Of a stretch of DNA of 64,000 nucleotides, positions 45,895-56,836 are shown piece after piece. The stretch lies in the IMG/VR virus record IMGVR_UViG_3300020357_000003. The stretch is one strand, 5' to 3'. The notes below the pieces were generated by a model. It searched no databases. It was not told the DNA's origin and was given only the letters and a program-made list of their open reading frames with translations. The position numbers and the translations under genes are program-made. Source of the DNA: an uncultured virus (IMG/VR IMGVR_UViG_3300020357_000003) (Duplodnaviria; Heunggongvirae; Uroviricota; Caudoviricetes). Numbering within the stretch: the stretch's first letter is position 1; the number at the start of each line of letters is the position of its first letter.

Positions 45895-47987
45895 GTGATA
45901 CAAACATAGATGAAACTGTAGATCAAGTTGAAACTGATGCGTCTACTTTAGTTGAGTGGGAGAACCCTCCTAGTCTTGCTGATCTTAAATCTGATTACGA
46001 GGCAGCTCAAGTAGCTCATGATGTTCATACCCAAGAAGTAGATAACTGGCTAAAAGTTTTAAATGGCGAGCAATCTATTAATACTAAGCAAGGCCGCTCC
46101 AAACTCGTACCGAAATTAGCTCGCAAACAAGCAGAATGGCGCTATGCGGCCTTATCCGAACCTTTCCTATCTACCGATGATTTATTTAACACCTCTCCCC
46201 AAACATTTGAAGATAAAGAATCAGCTGTTCAAAATGGGATGTTGTTAAATTATCAACTTAATTGTCGTATGGATAAGGTAGCATTTATTGATGAATATGT
46301 TAGAACAGCAGTTGACGAAGGAACTGTAATTGTACGTGTTGGATGGGAATTTGAAGAGGACAAACGTACAATTTGGGAAGATGTTATGGAACCCCAGCCT
46401 ATTATTGATCCTAATACTGGGCAACCAGCCATGGATCCTCAAACTGGTCAACCTGTAATGCAACCTGTTAAAGTAGGACAGAAGCAAAAAACTAAAACTA
46501 TAACTATTAAGAATCAACCTGTATTAACAGTTTGTGATTATAACAATATAGTTTTAGACCCTACATGTGAAGGTGATATAGAAAAGGCTAATTTTGCTGT
46601 TTTTAGTTTTGAGACGTCTTTGTCTGAACTTAAAAAAGATGGTAGATACACTAATCTAGATGATATTAACTTTGAAAGTGCTTCTGTATTAGCTGAACCA
46701 GATCATGAAGTTAATTCAGATGATACTGCTTTTACATTTAAAGATAGAGCACGTAAAAAAGTTATTGCTCGAGAATATTGGGGATTTTGGGATATTGATG
46801 ATACAGGAGAAGTTAAGCCTTTTGTTGCGACATGGGTTGGTAGTACGTTTATTAGAATGGAAGAGAATCCTTATCCAGATAAGAAATTACCATTTATATT
46901 AGTTCAATACTTACCTAGACGTAAGAATATCTATGGAGAACCTGATGCTGCGTTAATTGAAGATAATCAAAAGATAGTTGGAGCGGTTACTAGAGGTATG
47001 ATTGATATTATTGGCCGTAGTGCTAACGGGCAACAGGGAATTAGAAAGGATGCTTTAGATGTAACTAATGCTCGTAAGTTTGAGCGAGGGGATGACTATA
47101 AATTTAATGCTAATGTAGATCCACGTCAGGCATTTCATATGGAAGTTTACCCAGAAATCCCTAGATCAGCATTAGAAATATTAAATATGCAAAACAATGA
47201 TGCTGAAGCATTGACTGGTGTTAAAGCATTTACTCAAGGTATTAGTGGTCAGGCATTAGGGGTTACGGCTACAGGAATTAGATCAGCCCTTGATGCTACA
47301 TCTAAAAGAGAATTAGGAATTTTACGTAGACTTTCTAATGGATTAAATCAAATTGGACGTAAAATAATTTCTATGAATGCAGAATTTTTAGATGATGAAG
47401 AAATGATTAGGATTACTAATGAAAAGTTCGTTGCAATTAATAGAAATGATTTAGGAGGTAAATACGATATTAAGCTGAATATCTCTACTGCGGAAGCGGA
47501 TGAACAAAAAGGTAGTGAATTAGCATTTATGTTACAGACGATGGGTAATACTATGCCTCCTGAAATGAGTCAAATGATTTTAGCGGATATCGCTAAATTA
47601 CGTAAAATGCCTGATTTAGCAAAACGCATTGCAGAATACAAACCACAACCTAATCCGTTAGTAGAACAAAAACAACAATTAGAAATAGCATTATTGCAGG
47701 CTCAAGTTCAAAACGAATCTGCTAAAGGCCAAGAAAATATGGTTGACGTACAACTTAAATCTGCTAAAACAGAAACTGAATTGGCTAAAGCACGGCAAAT
47801 GCAAAGTGGTGCGGACTTATCAGATCTTGATTTTGTTGAAAGAGAGTCTGGTGTTAAAGAAGCAAGAGAACTGGACTTTGAAGATGCAAAGCATGAACGA
47901 GCAATGGAAGCTAAAGAACATGATAGAATGTCTGGTCTTGATAAAGCTGCATTCGATTCATTAACTAAAACCCCAGGAGGAGCATGA
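45891..47987 (+). CDS. portal protein (N4 gp59-like)
   Basis: WENPPSLADLK, RKQAEWRYAALSEPFL, SKRELGILRRL. Confidence 0.9.
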   Translation: MSDTNIDETVDQVETDASTLVEWENPPSLADLKSDYEAAQVAHDVHTQEVDNWLKVLNGEQSINTKQGRSKLVPKLARKQAEWRYAALSEPFLSTDDLFNTSPQTFEDKESAVQNGMLLNYQLNCRMDKVAFIDEYVRTAVDEGTVIVRVGWEFEEDKRTIWEDVMEPQPIIDPNTGQPAMDPQTGQPVMQPVKVGQKQKTKTITIKNQPVLTVCDYNNIVLDPTCEGDIEKANFAVFSFETSLSELKKDGRYTNLDDINFESASVLAEPDHEVNSDDTAFTFKDRARKKVIAREYWGFWDIDDTGEVKPFVATWVGSTFIRMEENPYPDKKLPFILVQYLPRRKNIYGEPDAALIEDNQKIVGAVTRGMIDIIGRSANGQQGIRKDALDVTNARKFERGDDYKFNANVDPRQAFHMEVYPEIPRSALEILNMQNNDAEALTGVKAFTQGISGQALGVTATGIRSALDATSKRELGILRRLSNGLNQIGRKIISMNAEFLDDEEMIRITNEKFVAINRNDLGGKYDIKLNISTAEADEQKGSELAFMLQTMGNTMPPEMSQMILADIAKLRKMPDLAKRIAEYKPQPNPLVEQKQQLEIALLQAQVQNESAKGQENMVDVQLKSAKTETELAKARQMQSGADLSDLDFVERESGVKEARELDFEDAKHERAMEAKEHDRMSGLDKAAFDSLTKTPGGA

Positions 47988-48316
47988 GCGAATTACAACA
48001 AGTTGAAATTCAAATTGAAATGGCAACTAAGATACGAAAATTAAGAGATAATTGTGTTAAATTAATGAGTACAAAAGAGTTTAAAGATGTTATTGAAGAA
48101 GGTTATTTTAAAGAAGAAGCGGCTAGGTTAGTTATGGCTAAAAGTTCCAATTTAACCGCAGATCAAAAAATACTAATTGATAATATGCAATATGGTATAG
48201 GAGCTCTATCTAATTGGTTTGAATCTGTTATGAGGCGTGGGGCTGAAATGGATCAAGCTATTGGAGAGCATGAACAAACTCGGGAAGAAATTTTAAGAGA
48301 AGAGGTACTTAAATGA
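47984..48316 (+). CDS. N4 gp58-like protein
   Basis: FKDVIEEGYFKEEAARLV; synteny. Confidence 0.7.
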   Translation: MSELQQVEIQIEMATKIRKLRDNCVKLMSTKEFKDVIEEGYFKEEAARLVMAKSSNLTADQKILIDNMQYGIGALSNWFESVMRRGAEMDQAIGEHEQTREEILREEVLK

Positions 48317-49479
48317 CCGATACTTCTTTAGGATTATCAGATCAAGAATTTTTAGAAAAAAATCCAGCTGACTTTTTCTCTGAAGAAGTTACAGAAGAAC
48401 CATCAGCTGAAGAAAAATTAGATATAAAAGAAGAATCATCAGATCAAACTGATGAAACTGAAACAACCTCTGATACTGACATATCAGAGAGTAGTGAAGC
48501 ACAGGAGCAAACTGAAGTAGAGACTGTTGACGAAGAAGTAAGCCAACCAACGGGGGATACCCCAGCGGAGCATGAACCTTTTAAAGATGGTGACACTACA
48601 GAATCTCTTGATACTAGTGATTTAGACTCAACTGAAACAGAAGGGGATACCCAGGAAACTACCGAGTTTGATTACAAAAGTGCTTTTGAAAAGGTAACTA
48701 GTCCTTTCAAAGCCAATGGCGTTGACATGCAGGTTACAAAGCCCGAGGACATTATTCGTTTAATGCAAATGGGTGCTAATTATCAAAAGAAAATGAGCCA
48801 GTTAAAGCCCAATCTTAAGATAATTAAAATGCTAGAAAACAATGAACTCCTTGATGAGGCAAAGTTAAATAACTTAATTGATCTAGCTAAAAAAGACCCT
48901 AAAGCCATCGCTACGCTAATTAAAGAAAGTGACTTAGATCCTTTAGAGATCGACAAAGATGCACCTACGGATTACGAACCGACTAACTACTCTATTACCG
49001 ATAAAGAGTACAATTTGGATCGTATTTTAGATGAGATCAAAGAAACCCCCACATTCAATAAGACTATTGAGGTTATGACTAAGATTTGGGATATGGAAAG
49101 TAGAAGTGTTATTTCTGACCAACCTGAGATTATCACAATTCTTAATGCTCATATTGCAAATGGTGTTTATGATCAAGTTAATGCACGGCTTCAACAAGAT
49201 AGGGCATTAGGTAAATTAGCTAATATTCCTGATGTTGAAGCGTACAGACAAACTGCTGAATTTATGCATAAAAATAAAATGTTTAAAAATCAGTCATCTG
49301 AAGCTCCTAGTGCATCAAAAGTATCAAGTAAACCTGATGAAAAGGCTACTGAAGATCGTAATAAAAAACGAAAAGCAGTAGCCCCCGTAAAGCAAACGAC
49401 TGTTAAAAAATCTCCTTCTAATGACGACTTTTTAGGTCTGTCCGATGAGGAATTTATGAAGAAGTATGCTGTACGGTAG
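48313..49479 (+). CDS. N4 gp57-like scaffold ('tape measure') protein
   Basis: acidic N-terminus, PFKANG, LMQMGANY, LSDEEF at C-terminus. Confidence 0.8.
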   Translation: MTDTSLGLSDQEFLEKNPADFFSEEVTEEPSAEEKLDIKEESSDQTDETETTSDTDISESSEAQEQTEVETVDEEVSQPTGDTPAEHEPFKDGDTTESLDTSDLDSTETEGDTQETTEFDYKSAFEKVTSPFKANGVDMQVTKPEDIIRLMQMGANYQKKMSQLKPNLKIIKMLENNELLDEAKLNNLIDLAKKDPKAIATLIKESDLDPLEIDKDAPTDYEPTNYSITDKEYNLDRILDEIKETPTFNKTIEVMTKIWDMESRSVISDQPEIITILNAHIANGVYDQVNARLQQDRALGKLANIPDVEAYRQTAEFMHKNKMFKNQSSEAPSASKVSSKPDEKATEDRNKKRKAVAPVKQTTVKKSPSNDDFLGLSDEEFMKKYAVR

Positions 49480-49505
49480 TTATCATTATTAACTAGGACA
49501 AGATT

Positions 49506-50816
49506 ATGGCTAACGAAAATATGTATAACTCCCCTTCTAGTACTGCTAGTGGGACTGCGTCAGATATAGGCGCACAAGCAAGAACTGATTATTATTTTAA
49601 GAAAGCCCTGATTGCTGTTCGGGATCGTATGTATTTCATGCCTTTGGCTGATGTACGTGCTATGCCTAAACATATGGGTAAAAAAATTAAGCAAGATGTA
49701 TATGTTCCATTGCTTGATGTTTTGAATACAGGTGACCAAGGACTAGATGCAGCAGGTACGGCTTTAACTGCTGGTACATGGTCTGCGTGGAATGCTGCTG
49801 GTGTTCTACAAACTTCTTCTGCCGCTGATAGAGCTGCTGCTCGAACTGCAGCTGGTGTTGATGGCGAAGTAGCTCTAAATGACCAGAATCTTTACGGCTC
49901 TTCCAAAGATACTGGTACTATTAAATCTAAAATCCCGACTCTCCGTGAAAACGGTGGTCGAGTTAACCGTGTTGGATTCACCCGTACGCAAATTGAAGGT
50001 GAATTGCTTAAACGTGGTTTCTTTACAGAGTACACTCAGGAATCAATGGATTTCGATTCTGATTCAGATTTGTTAATGCATATTACTGAGGAAGCTCTTG
50101 TTGGTGCTAATGAGTTGACTGAAGCAGAGCTTCAGGCAGATCTTATTACTAATGCAACTGCTAATGGTACAGCTTATTATTGTTCAGCTACTCCTGCCGT
50201 AACGACAGGTAGTAAATTGGACGTTGATGAAGTTGTTACTTATAGAGATTTAATGAATCTTTCTATTGCTTTGGACGATAATAAAACTCCTAAGCAAACA
50301 AAGATTATTAGTGGTTCTCGTATGGTTGATACGAAGACTGTTAATGGCGGTCGTGTTATGTATGTAGGTTCTGAATTGATTCCAGTTCTCCGAGCTATGA
50401 CAGACTTGCATAGCCAACCTGCATTTGTTTCTGTTGAGAAATATGCAGATGCTAGCAATATCATGAATGGTGAGATTGGTTCTGTTGATCAATTCCGAAT
50501 CGTTGTTGTTCCAGAAATGCAGTTTACTGAAAACGGTGGTGCTTCTGCTGCTGATACAGCAGGTACTGGTGATAATGGTGCAGACATCTATCCAATGCTA
50601 GTTGTTGGTGATGGTGCTTTCACTACTATCGGTTTTCAAACTGATGGAAAGAGCGTTAAATTTACCATCAATCATAAGAAGCCTGGTAAAGAAATAGCTT
50701 CTTTGGATGATCCGTATGGTGAAGTAGGGTTCTACTCTATCAAATGGTACTATGGTTTTATGGCACTTCGCCCAGAACGTCTAGGAATTATCTGGACTGC
50801 CTTGGCAGCTGTATAA
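49506..50816 (+). CDS. major capsid protein (N4 gp56-like)
   Basis: MPKHMGKKIK, PTLRENGGRVNRVGFTR, DPYGEVGFYSIKWYYG. Confidence 0.93.
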   Translation: MANENMYNSPSSTASGTASDIGAQARTDYYFKKALIAVRDRMYFMPLADVRAMPKHMGKKIKQDVYVPLLDVLNTGDQGLDAAGTALTAGTWSAWNAAGVLQTSSAADRAAARTAAGVDGEVALNDQNLYGSSKDTGTIKSKIPTLRENGGRVNRVGFTRTQIEGELLKRGFFTEYTQESMDFDSDSDLLMHITEEALVGANELTEAELQADLITNATANGTAYYCSATPAVTTGSKLDVDEVVTYRDLMNLSIALDDNKTPKQTKIISGSRMVDTKTVNGGRVMYVGSELIPVLRAMTDLHSQPAFVSVEKYADASNIMNGEIGSVDQFRIVVVPEMQFTENGGASAADTAGTGDNGADIYPMLVVGDGAFTTIGFQTDGKSVKFTINHKKPGKEIASLDDPYGEVGFYSIKWYYGFMALRPERLGIIWTALAAV

Positions 50817-50833
50817 CCAATAAAATATTCCGA

Positions 50834-50863
50834 CCTTTCCAGACCCGTAAGGGTCTGGAAAGG
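50834..50863 (+). promoter_or_regulatory. 13-bp GNRA hairpin after the capsid gene
   Basis: CCTTTCCAGACCC GTAA GGGTCTGGAAAGG; no adjacent U-tract. Confidence 0.65.
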
Positions 50864-50890
50864 GAGGGATTTTAGATAAGGAATTAGACT

Positions 50891-51073
50891 ATGTCTATTA
50901 TAGGTAAAGCGGCAAAACATCTAGTAAAGAAAACAAAAGCTAAGAAAAAACCTAATAAGAAAACTAGAATAAAGAGAGCTAAAGCAAAAGCAAGATCTCG
51001 CTATAATCAAGACATGGACAAAGAATACAGGTATGAACGAGACAAATATAAATGGGGTAAAATGCCATTTTAA
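50891..51073 (+). CDS. Lys/Arg-rich small protein
   Basis: MSIIGKAAKHLVKK... Confidence 0.65.
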   Translation: MSIIGKAAKHLVKKTKAKKKPNKKTRIKRAKAKARSRYNQDMDKEYRYERDKYKWGKMPF

Positions 51074-51085
51074 AGGAGTATAGTT

Positions 51086-51352
51086 ATGTCTGTTATAGGT
51101 AAAGCAGCTAAGCATTTAATGAAAAAGAAAAGTCGTAGCTACACTAAGAAAAAAGCTAGTAAGAAAACTAGAGTAGCTCGAAATAAAGCAAAAAAGCATA
51201 AAGATTGGGAACATGACTTAGCTTCAGAAGAATTTGCTTATAAAAATCCAGGACAACGAATACCCAGTAAGAAAGCACTTATAGGCAAAAAACCACCTAG
51301 TAAACGAGTAGATCCAAAAAGAAAAAAGAAACATGAAATAGATCTACCATAA
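51086..51352 (+). CDS. Lys/Arg-rich small protein, paralogue of the preceding gene
   Basis: MSVIGKAAKHLMKK...; AGGAG RBS. Confidence 0.65.
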   Translation: MSVIGKAAKHLMKKKSRSYTKKKASKKTRVARNKAKKHKDWEHDLASEEFAYKNPGQRIPSKKALIGKKPPSKRVDPKRKKKHEIDLP

Positions 51353-51367
51353 TATAGGAGTACAGTT

Positions 51368-51685
51368 ATGCCAGTATGGGCAGTAATACCTAAATTTAGT
51401 AAGCTTGTATCTGCTGCAATGAAAAAAGCAGGAGGTACTCCTGCAGCAAGACAGAAAGTTATAAAAGAAAACCCTAGCTGGTTTAAATATATGCCTGGAA
51501 AGGCTGGAAAAAAAGCAGGTAGTACACCAGCTAAAGCTAAACCTAAAGCGACAACAGCTAAAAAGGGAAAAGGTGGTTTTAGTGAAGTACAGTTAGAAAA
51601 ATACAGAGACATGTATAGAAACAGAAAGAATGATAAAAGATGGGATCGCTTATCCCCAGATATTAAAAACAAGCTATTAAAATAG
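51368..51685 (+). CDS. Lys/Ala-rich basic protein
   Basis: KKAGGTPA/KKAGSTPA repeats; AGGAG RBS. Confidence 0.65.
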   Translation: MPVWAVIPKFSKLVSAAMKKAGGTPAARQKVIKENPSWFKYMPGKAGKKAGSTPAKAKPKATTAKKGKGGFSEVQLEKYRDMYRNRKNDKRWDRLSPDIKNKLLK

Positions 51686-51693
51686 GAGGAACT

Positions 51694-52326
51694 ATGGAAG
51701 ATGTGAAGTTAACACCAATTGATCAAATGACTCAGGACGAACTCAAACAAGAGTTAAAAGAGTATGGAGTTGTGTTTCACCATAAAACAGGTCAAGCTAA
51801 ATTAGCGGAATTACTAGCTGATGTTAGAAAAAATCCTGAAAGCATGGTACAGGATTTTGATAATGAAGACGTAGCTACAGATCGCCCATATGAAGGCGGT
51901 AATCCTAATGCAAGTGAAGCTGCTATAGCTGCAGCTACTAAAGCAATGAAACGAACTGGAGAACAAGAAGCATTAAAATTAGTTCGTATTGTAGTTACTC
52001 CTAATGATCCACTTATGAGTAGTTACCCTGGCCTTATATTTACAGTAGGAGCTTCTGGCCTTAATAACGGAAGAATGATTAAGAAATTTGTTCCATTTAA
52101 TAACGAAGAAGGCTGGCATGTTCCTAATATTATTTATAATCAGATAAAACATGCTGAGATGCAAAAGTTTAAAACTGTTACTCGTCCTAATGGTGAGAAA
52201 GTATTAGAGCCTTACATTACTCAAAAATTTAACGTACGAGTATTGGATCCCCTTACTAAAGAAGAATTGGAAAGACTAGCTGCCGCTCAAGCAGCTAATC
52301 CAGCATTCCATACGGGAGATAACTAA
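51694..52326 (+). CDS. N4 gp55-like protein
   Basis: ALKLVRIVV, GLIFTVG, GWHVPNII, LDPLTKEELERLA. Confidence 0.75.
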   Translation: MEDVKLTPIDQMTQDELKQELKEYGVVFHHKTGQAKLAELLADVRKNPESMVQDFDNEDVATDRPYEGGNPNASEAAIAAATKAMKRTGEQEALKLVRIVVTPNDPLMSSYPGLIFTVGASGLNNGRMIKKFVPFNNEEGWHVPNIIYNQIKHAEMQKFKTVTRPNGEKVLEPYITQKFNVRVLDPLTKEELERLAAAQAANPAFHTGDN

Positions 52327-52850
52327 TGGCTATTACTATTGCTGATTTAACTGCTGGAGTTGCTACTGATGCTAATAACGTAGTAACAGGTACAGGTGTA
52401 TTTGATGATCTAATGGAAACAGTAAATGCACATATGGCCGCTCAATTTAATTTAGGTCGTATTACTGGCAGTGACTACGCAACAGTGTATTTGACCGCTA
52501 TGCAAGCAGCTGTTCAGCAAGCTGTAGCTTATGTAATAGGGATGCAAAAAGGCAATGCTGAAGAATCCCTACTTTTCCAAAAAGAAGTTACGGAATTTGC
52601 TCAAACTGAACAAAGTACTAAAACTGCCCCAACAACTACTTCTGTAGCAGGGAGAGCAAATAACTTGTCTACTGAACAAGCTAAAGGGTTTAAATGGAAT
52701 GCCGATCAGAAATACCTTAAAACTCTATTAGACGCTTGGAGCGTAAATGTCTCAACTGCTGGTGTTGCCTCTACAGGTGTAGTTGCTCTTAATACAACTG
52801 GAACAGGTAATATTAATACGCAAATAACTAACGCAGAACCTACAGGATAA
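52326..52850 (+). CDS. N4 gp54-like structural protein (short)
   Basis: GTGVFDDLM, GRITGSDYATVY. Confidence 0.75.
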   Translation: MAITIADLTAGVATDANNVVTGTGVFDDLMETVNAHMAAQFNLGRITGSDYATVYLTAMQAAVQQAVAYVIGMQKGNAEESLLFQKEVTEFAQTEQSTKTAPTTTSVAGRANNLSTEQAKGFKWNADQKYLKTLLDAWSVNVSTAGVASTGVVALNTTGTGNINTQITNAEPTG

Positions 52851-52855
52851 TAGCA

Positions 52856-55672
52856 ATGGGGTTTATTGCTAATATTTTTACCGCTATTGTTGATGTTGTT
52901 GTAGCGATAGTTGAAGCAGTTGTACAAGTAGTTGAGATGGTTGTGCAGTTAATTATGGTATTACTTGGGTGGGATGGGGGTTCCACCCAAATAATTGAGT
53001 ATTACGAAGTTCAGAATATCCCCTTGTTTGATGATGTAGATAAGAAAAATCCCACCGCCTCCGCTATTCTTCAAAGTATCCTGGCAGATAAAGACTTAGT
53101 TAGTAGTCTTATTTATCATCTTGCGTTTCGTAGCCTTAAAGGAAACGTTAAAGAATTTATGGATTTTATTGACAATGGGAACTATTTTGAAAACTTTCCC
53201 GCAATAGAATCATATATTTTAACTATAGATTATGATGAAGTAACTGATGTATTAAATACTATTAATGGTGTCCCTTGTACAATTGAAAATGCGTATTTAA
53301 GAGCTTTATCAAAATCTGATTGGGTTAAGTCTTGGTTACAAGATAATAAAGGATATGATGTAGGTCTTAATCGACTGGGTACCGAATATCGAGAAGTAAC
53401 TACCACGCCTAGTATTCCTGCTGCGGATACTGTTAATGTCACGCCATCAGTAAATCATTTTCAAATAGATATAACTAGTGAAATGGCTACGTCAGACGAT
53501 GTCTTAGTTGATATGCGGTGGTATGTTAATTTAAATACTATTGTGTATAATTCAGGCACAGACGACTATACTGTTGAAGCTTATAATGACGCTGGTGTAA
53601 CAATAACCCTCCCTTATACTGTTCCATCACGACCGGGACAAGTTCATTATGTTGTAACTTATTATAGAGATGTGGATCCAAGTAGAATCTATCTATTTAT
53701 TTATCAAGCAGGATCTGGAACATATACAGATTTAGATACAATAGAGGATCCTATTGATATAGATGGCAGTACGCTTGAAGTTCTTCCCGCAGTTCCTTTA
53801 AGAATAAGTAATTCTAACTACACTACATTTGGGGCAACTAAACAAGCAGCAATAGAAGATATATTAAAAATAATACATCTAGATGCAGCGGAAGTTCTAG
53901 ACTCTATTTTAACTGACCCTGGAGTAGCAAGTAATCTAGGGGATATAGATAATATTTATGTAAATTTCGGTGTAAGAATGTGGGATACATCTCAAGCAGG
54001 TATGTCCTATTTATACAGAATGTTTGAGAATTTATACCCAGCCCAAGGCACCACACAAGGAGATTATGATAATTCTCCAGCAGGGGATGATAAACCGCAG
54101 AATAATATCCTTACTTCGACAGATGACAACGAATATGCATTTCAGTTTAGCTATATTACCTATACACATACCCCATTAATCGATATTGATGCTGATACTG
54201 GGAGTGTCGAAAATGGTATCTACTATTCAGATATGTCTAAATTTGGGGATGATGGACTATTAAAATATAACTACTATAGTTCCTCTGGTAAAGGGACGTA
54301 TAACGTAGGGTATAAAGCGGATAATTTAGATGAAGTACAGGATTTCTTAGATGGGAATGGGGTACCTAATCCTGGTACTACGTCTGGGGAAGCAACTAAT
54401 TGGTTACAAGTAACTGAAAGAATGAGCTATAACAATCCTTCTCCTGTATTACAGGAATCTGATGGAAGTACTAGCTCATTAATATATCTAACTCCTGACG
54501 CAGTTTATGAAAATAATGGATCTGGTGTATTACGCTTAGTTCAGCAAGCTTCAGAAGAAACAACTATAGGACAATCAATAACTTACTATTGCATTAAACC
54601 ATCAGGATTAGATGCATATACAGTTGCCCAGCCAATAGGTGCTTTAAAAGTTATTGATGGAGATACTGGTAAATTTAAAATGGTTAAATTTAACCTTGGG
54701 GCTCAACAGGATCTCATGGTTCCATTTATTCATACATTTATTAAGGATCTATCTCATGCCGAAGTTAGTAAATTATTTTTAGCAGGATGTCATGTATCTA
54801 TCTATATAGCTCATTATGAAGTAATAGTCCACGCAGGCATGAGTTTTCTTACGGCCTTAGTAATGATTGTAGTTATTGTAGTTATAGTCGTAATTGCTTG
54901 GCCAACAATTAAAGCGGGTTTTGCAGCTATGAAGGCGGGTATAGCAAAATTAACATCAGCTGCACTAGCAGGAAACTTTTTAAGCGTAGCATGGACTATG
55001 TTTTTAGAAGCTATCCCTAGTATGCTTATAAAATTTGCTGCTCAGTATGTAATTCAGCTAGCAATTGAGGAGATAGCTAAGGATAACCCAGAATTAGCCA
55101 TGATTCTTAATATCGTAGCCTCAGTAGCTATATCTATGTGGGATCCTGGCGTAACATTTGGGCCAACAGGTGCTCCTATAGGTACTTATGGGCATACAGG
55201 AGGAGCGACACTTGGAGCAGGAGGTGGTAGTTTAACTACGCCTTCACCTAGCACATCATGGAGTTTTAGATCTACGGGAATGAAATTTAAAAGTCTATCT
55301 TCTTTGACTTTTTTAGATTTAGCTGAAATAGCTACAAAATTTGTAACAGGTATAGGAAGTTTAGAATCTATGGCTGTAGGAGCTCTAGCTGAGACTTTAG
55401 CAGCAGATACCGCAGCATGGGGCGTAGAAAGAGCAAGTAAGTTACAGGAAATCAATGAAATGGAGAATTGGTTGGATAGTCGTAAAGCAGTGAATCTAGC
55501 ACCAGTACTAACTGCACAATGGAGAGTAGGAGGAGGACGATCTAATAATGGATTACCAGAAGGTATATCGGCTCCTGTGTATCTTGATGCTTGTATAGGA
55601 GCATATGTTCCTATGCGTATTGATTCTACTTTTATGTATCCTTGGGATCATGATCCTTATGATTACGCATAA
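52856..55672 (+). CDS. N4 gp53-like virion protein
   Basis: 938 aa, PAVPLR, DIDNIYVNFGV, hydrophobic C-terminal third; synteny. Confidence 0.7.
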   Translation: MGFIANIFTAIVDVVVAIVEAVVQVVEMVVQLIMVLLGWDGGSTQIIEYYEVQNIPLFDDVDKKNPTASAILQSILADKDLVSSLIYHLAFRSLKGNVKEFMDFIDNGNYFENFPAIESYILTIDYDEVTDVLNTINGVPCTIENAYLRALSKSDWVKSWLQDNKGYDVGLNRLGTEYREVTTTPSIPAADTVNVTPSVNHFQIDITSEMATSDDVLVDMRWYVNLNTIVYNSGTDDYTVEAYNDAGVTITLPYTVPSRPGQVHYVVTYYRDVDPSRIYLFIYQAGSGTYTDLDTIEDPIDIDGSTLEVLPAVPLRISNSNYTTFGATKQAAIEDILKIIHLDAAEVLDSILTDPGVASNLGDIDNIYVNFGVRMWDTSQAGMSYLYRMFENLYPAQGTTQGDYDNSPAGDDKPQNNILTSTDDNEYAFQFSYITYTHTPLIDIDADTGSVENGIYYSDMSKFGDDGLLKYNYYSSSGKGTYNVGYKADNLDEVQDFLDGNGVPNPGTTSGEATNWLQVTERMSYNNPSPVLQESDGSTSSLIYLTPDAVYENNGSGVLRLVQQASEETTIGQSITYYCIKPSGLDAYTVAQPIGALKVIDGDTGKFKMVKFNLGAQQDLMVPFIHTFIKDLSHAEVSKLFLAGCHVSIYIAHYEVIVHAGMSFLTALVMIVVIVVIVVIAWPTIKAGFAAMKAGIAKLTSAALAGNFLSVAWTMFLEAIPSMLIKFAAQYVIQLAIEEIAKDNPELAMILNIVASVAISMWDPGVTFGPTGAPIGTYGHTGGATLGAGGGSLTTPSPSTSWSFRSTGMKFKSLSSLTFLDLAEIATKFVTGIGSLESMAVGALAETLAADTAAWGVERASKLQEINEMENWLDSRKAVNLAPVLTAQWRVGGGRSNNGLPEGISAPVYLDACIGAYVPMRIDSTFMYPWDHDPYDYA

Positions 55673-55679
55673 ATAGGTA

Positions 55680-55708
55680 ATGACAATTTATTTAAATAAC
55701 GGTATTAT
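55680..55708 (+). promoter_or_regulatory. sigma70-like late promoter
   Basis: ATGACA-17 nt-TATTAT. Confidence 0.5.
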
Positions 55709-55734
55709 TAGGGTAATAAAGATAGGAGTTTGAT

Positions 55735-56610
55735 ATGGCAGAAAATAATATTCCTTTATGGCAACAATATATTAATCAATATGCCCGTAGAGCAAGTAGA
55801 CCTACATGGGGCAGACCGCAACAACCTCCTGGGTGGGAATATCTAGCTAATCCACAACAATCAATGCCCGCAGTGATACCCACAGATTCAGCAGGTTCAT
55901 ATAGTTGGGCAGATCAGAACGCTTATTCTGTAAATCCACAAACAAAAGAAAGGTATTTACCTGGGTGGAAAGCGAATCCCTATAGTGCTACTGGTGGTGT
56001 GGATGCAAGAATGCCTAGCTACTATGCAATGTCAGAAGGCGTAGTTCCAGATGATTGGAATTTCGGTGGTGGTGGTAGTGGTCGTGATAGATGGAAAAGT
56101 CTAGCAAGGCTTAGTGGAAATCAAAATTTTCTTAACCTACCCACAGCAAATGAGCTAGCACAAACATACGGTAGTGCTAATATTGGTGGTAGTAGTTGGT
56201 TTGATACGGATACTGGTACTGGTACTGGTACAACTAAGGATGAAGATGATCCAGATTTGTATGATCCATTTGATGTAGGTGAACCTTCAGTAGACCAGAT
56301 GAGATCATCCGCTACAGGATTAATTGATCCCTCTAAGTATGGATCAGATTCAATATGGAGCGGGATTAAAGAGTGGACAGGCAAGAATCCAATGAAAGCT
56401 GCAGGTATTGGTTTAGATTTATGGAAACAAATAAACCAAAATAGAGCTTTGTCACAAAATAAAGCATATATGGATGATGTACGAAAAGCCATGGCATTTG
56501 ATCAAGCTGATGTAAATAGACGTTGGGATCTAACTATGAAAGACTACAATAGACGAGTAGCTTTAGATGATAAATTCTTAGAGTCTCAAAAATTACCTAC
56601 AGCAGTTTAA
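55735..56610 (+). CDS. internal virion/ejection protein (gp52 position)
   Basis: Gly/Pro/Gln-rich with helical C-terminus; synteny. Confidence 0.55.
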   Translation: MAENNIPLWQQYINQYARRASRPTWGRPQQPPGWEYLANPQQSMPAVIPTDSAGSYSWADQNAYSVNPQTKERYLPGWKANPYSATGGVDARMPSYYAMSEGVVPDDWNFGGGGSGRDRWKSLARLSGNQNFLNLPTANELAQTYGSANIGGSSWFDTDTGTGTGTTKDEDDPDLYDPFDVGEPSVDQMRSSATGLIDPSKYGSDSIWSGIKEWTGKNPMKAAGIGLDLWKQINQNRALSQNKAYMDDVRKAMAFDQADVNRRWDLTMKDYNRRVALDDKFLESQKLPTAV

Positions 56611-56620
56611 AGGAGTTATT

Positions 56621-56827
56621 ATGAGAGAACACATGTTAAATGCTTTACGAGCCTACTACACAGGGCATATTGAAAAGCATAAAATGAACATTGAAAATCT
56701 TATAACGAATAATGTAGGTGTTGCAGAACACCCAGACCATATTGAAACTATATCGAAAGAAGTGGAATCCTTGGCTAAATACGATGAAATGCTACATATG
56801 GTAGATAAGTATTTTAGTCCAGAATAA
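56621..56827 (+). CDS. small conserved-type phage protein
   Basis: GHIEKHKMNIE...VGVAEHPD...KYF; AGGAG RBS. Confidence 0.65.
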   Translation: MREHMLNALRAYYTGHIEKHKMNIENLITNNVGVAEHPDHIETISKEVESLAKYDEMLHMVDKYFSPE

Positions 56828-56836
56828 GGAGCTATC

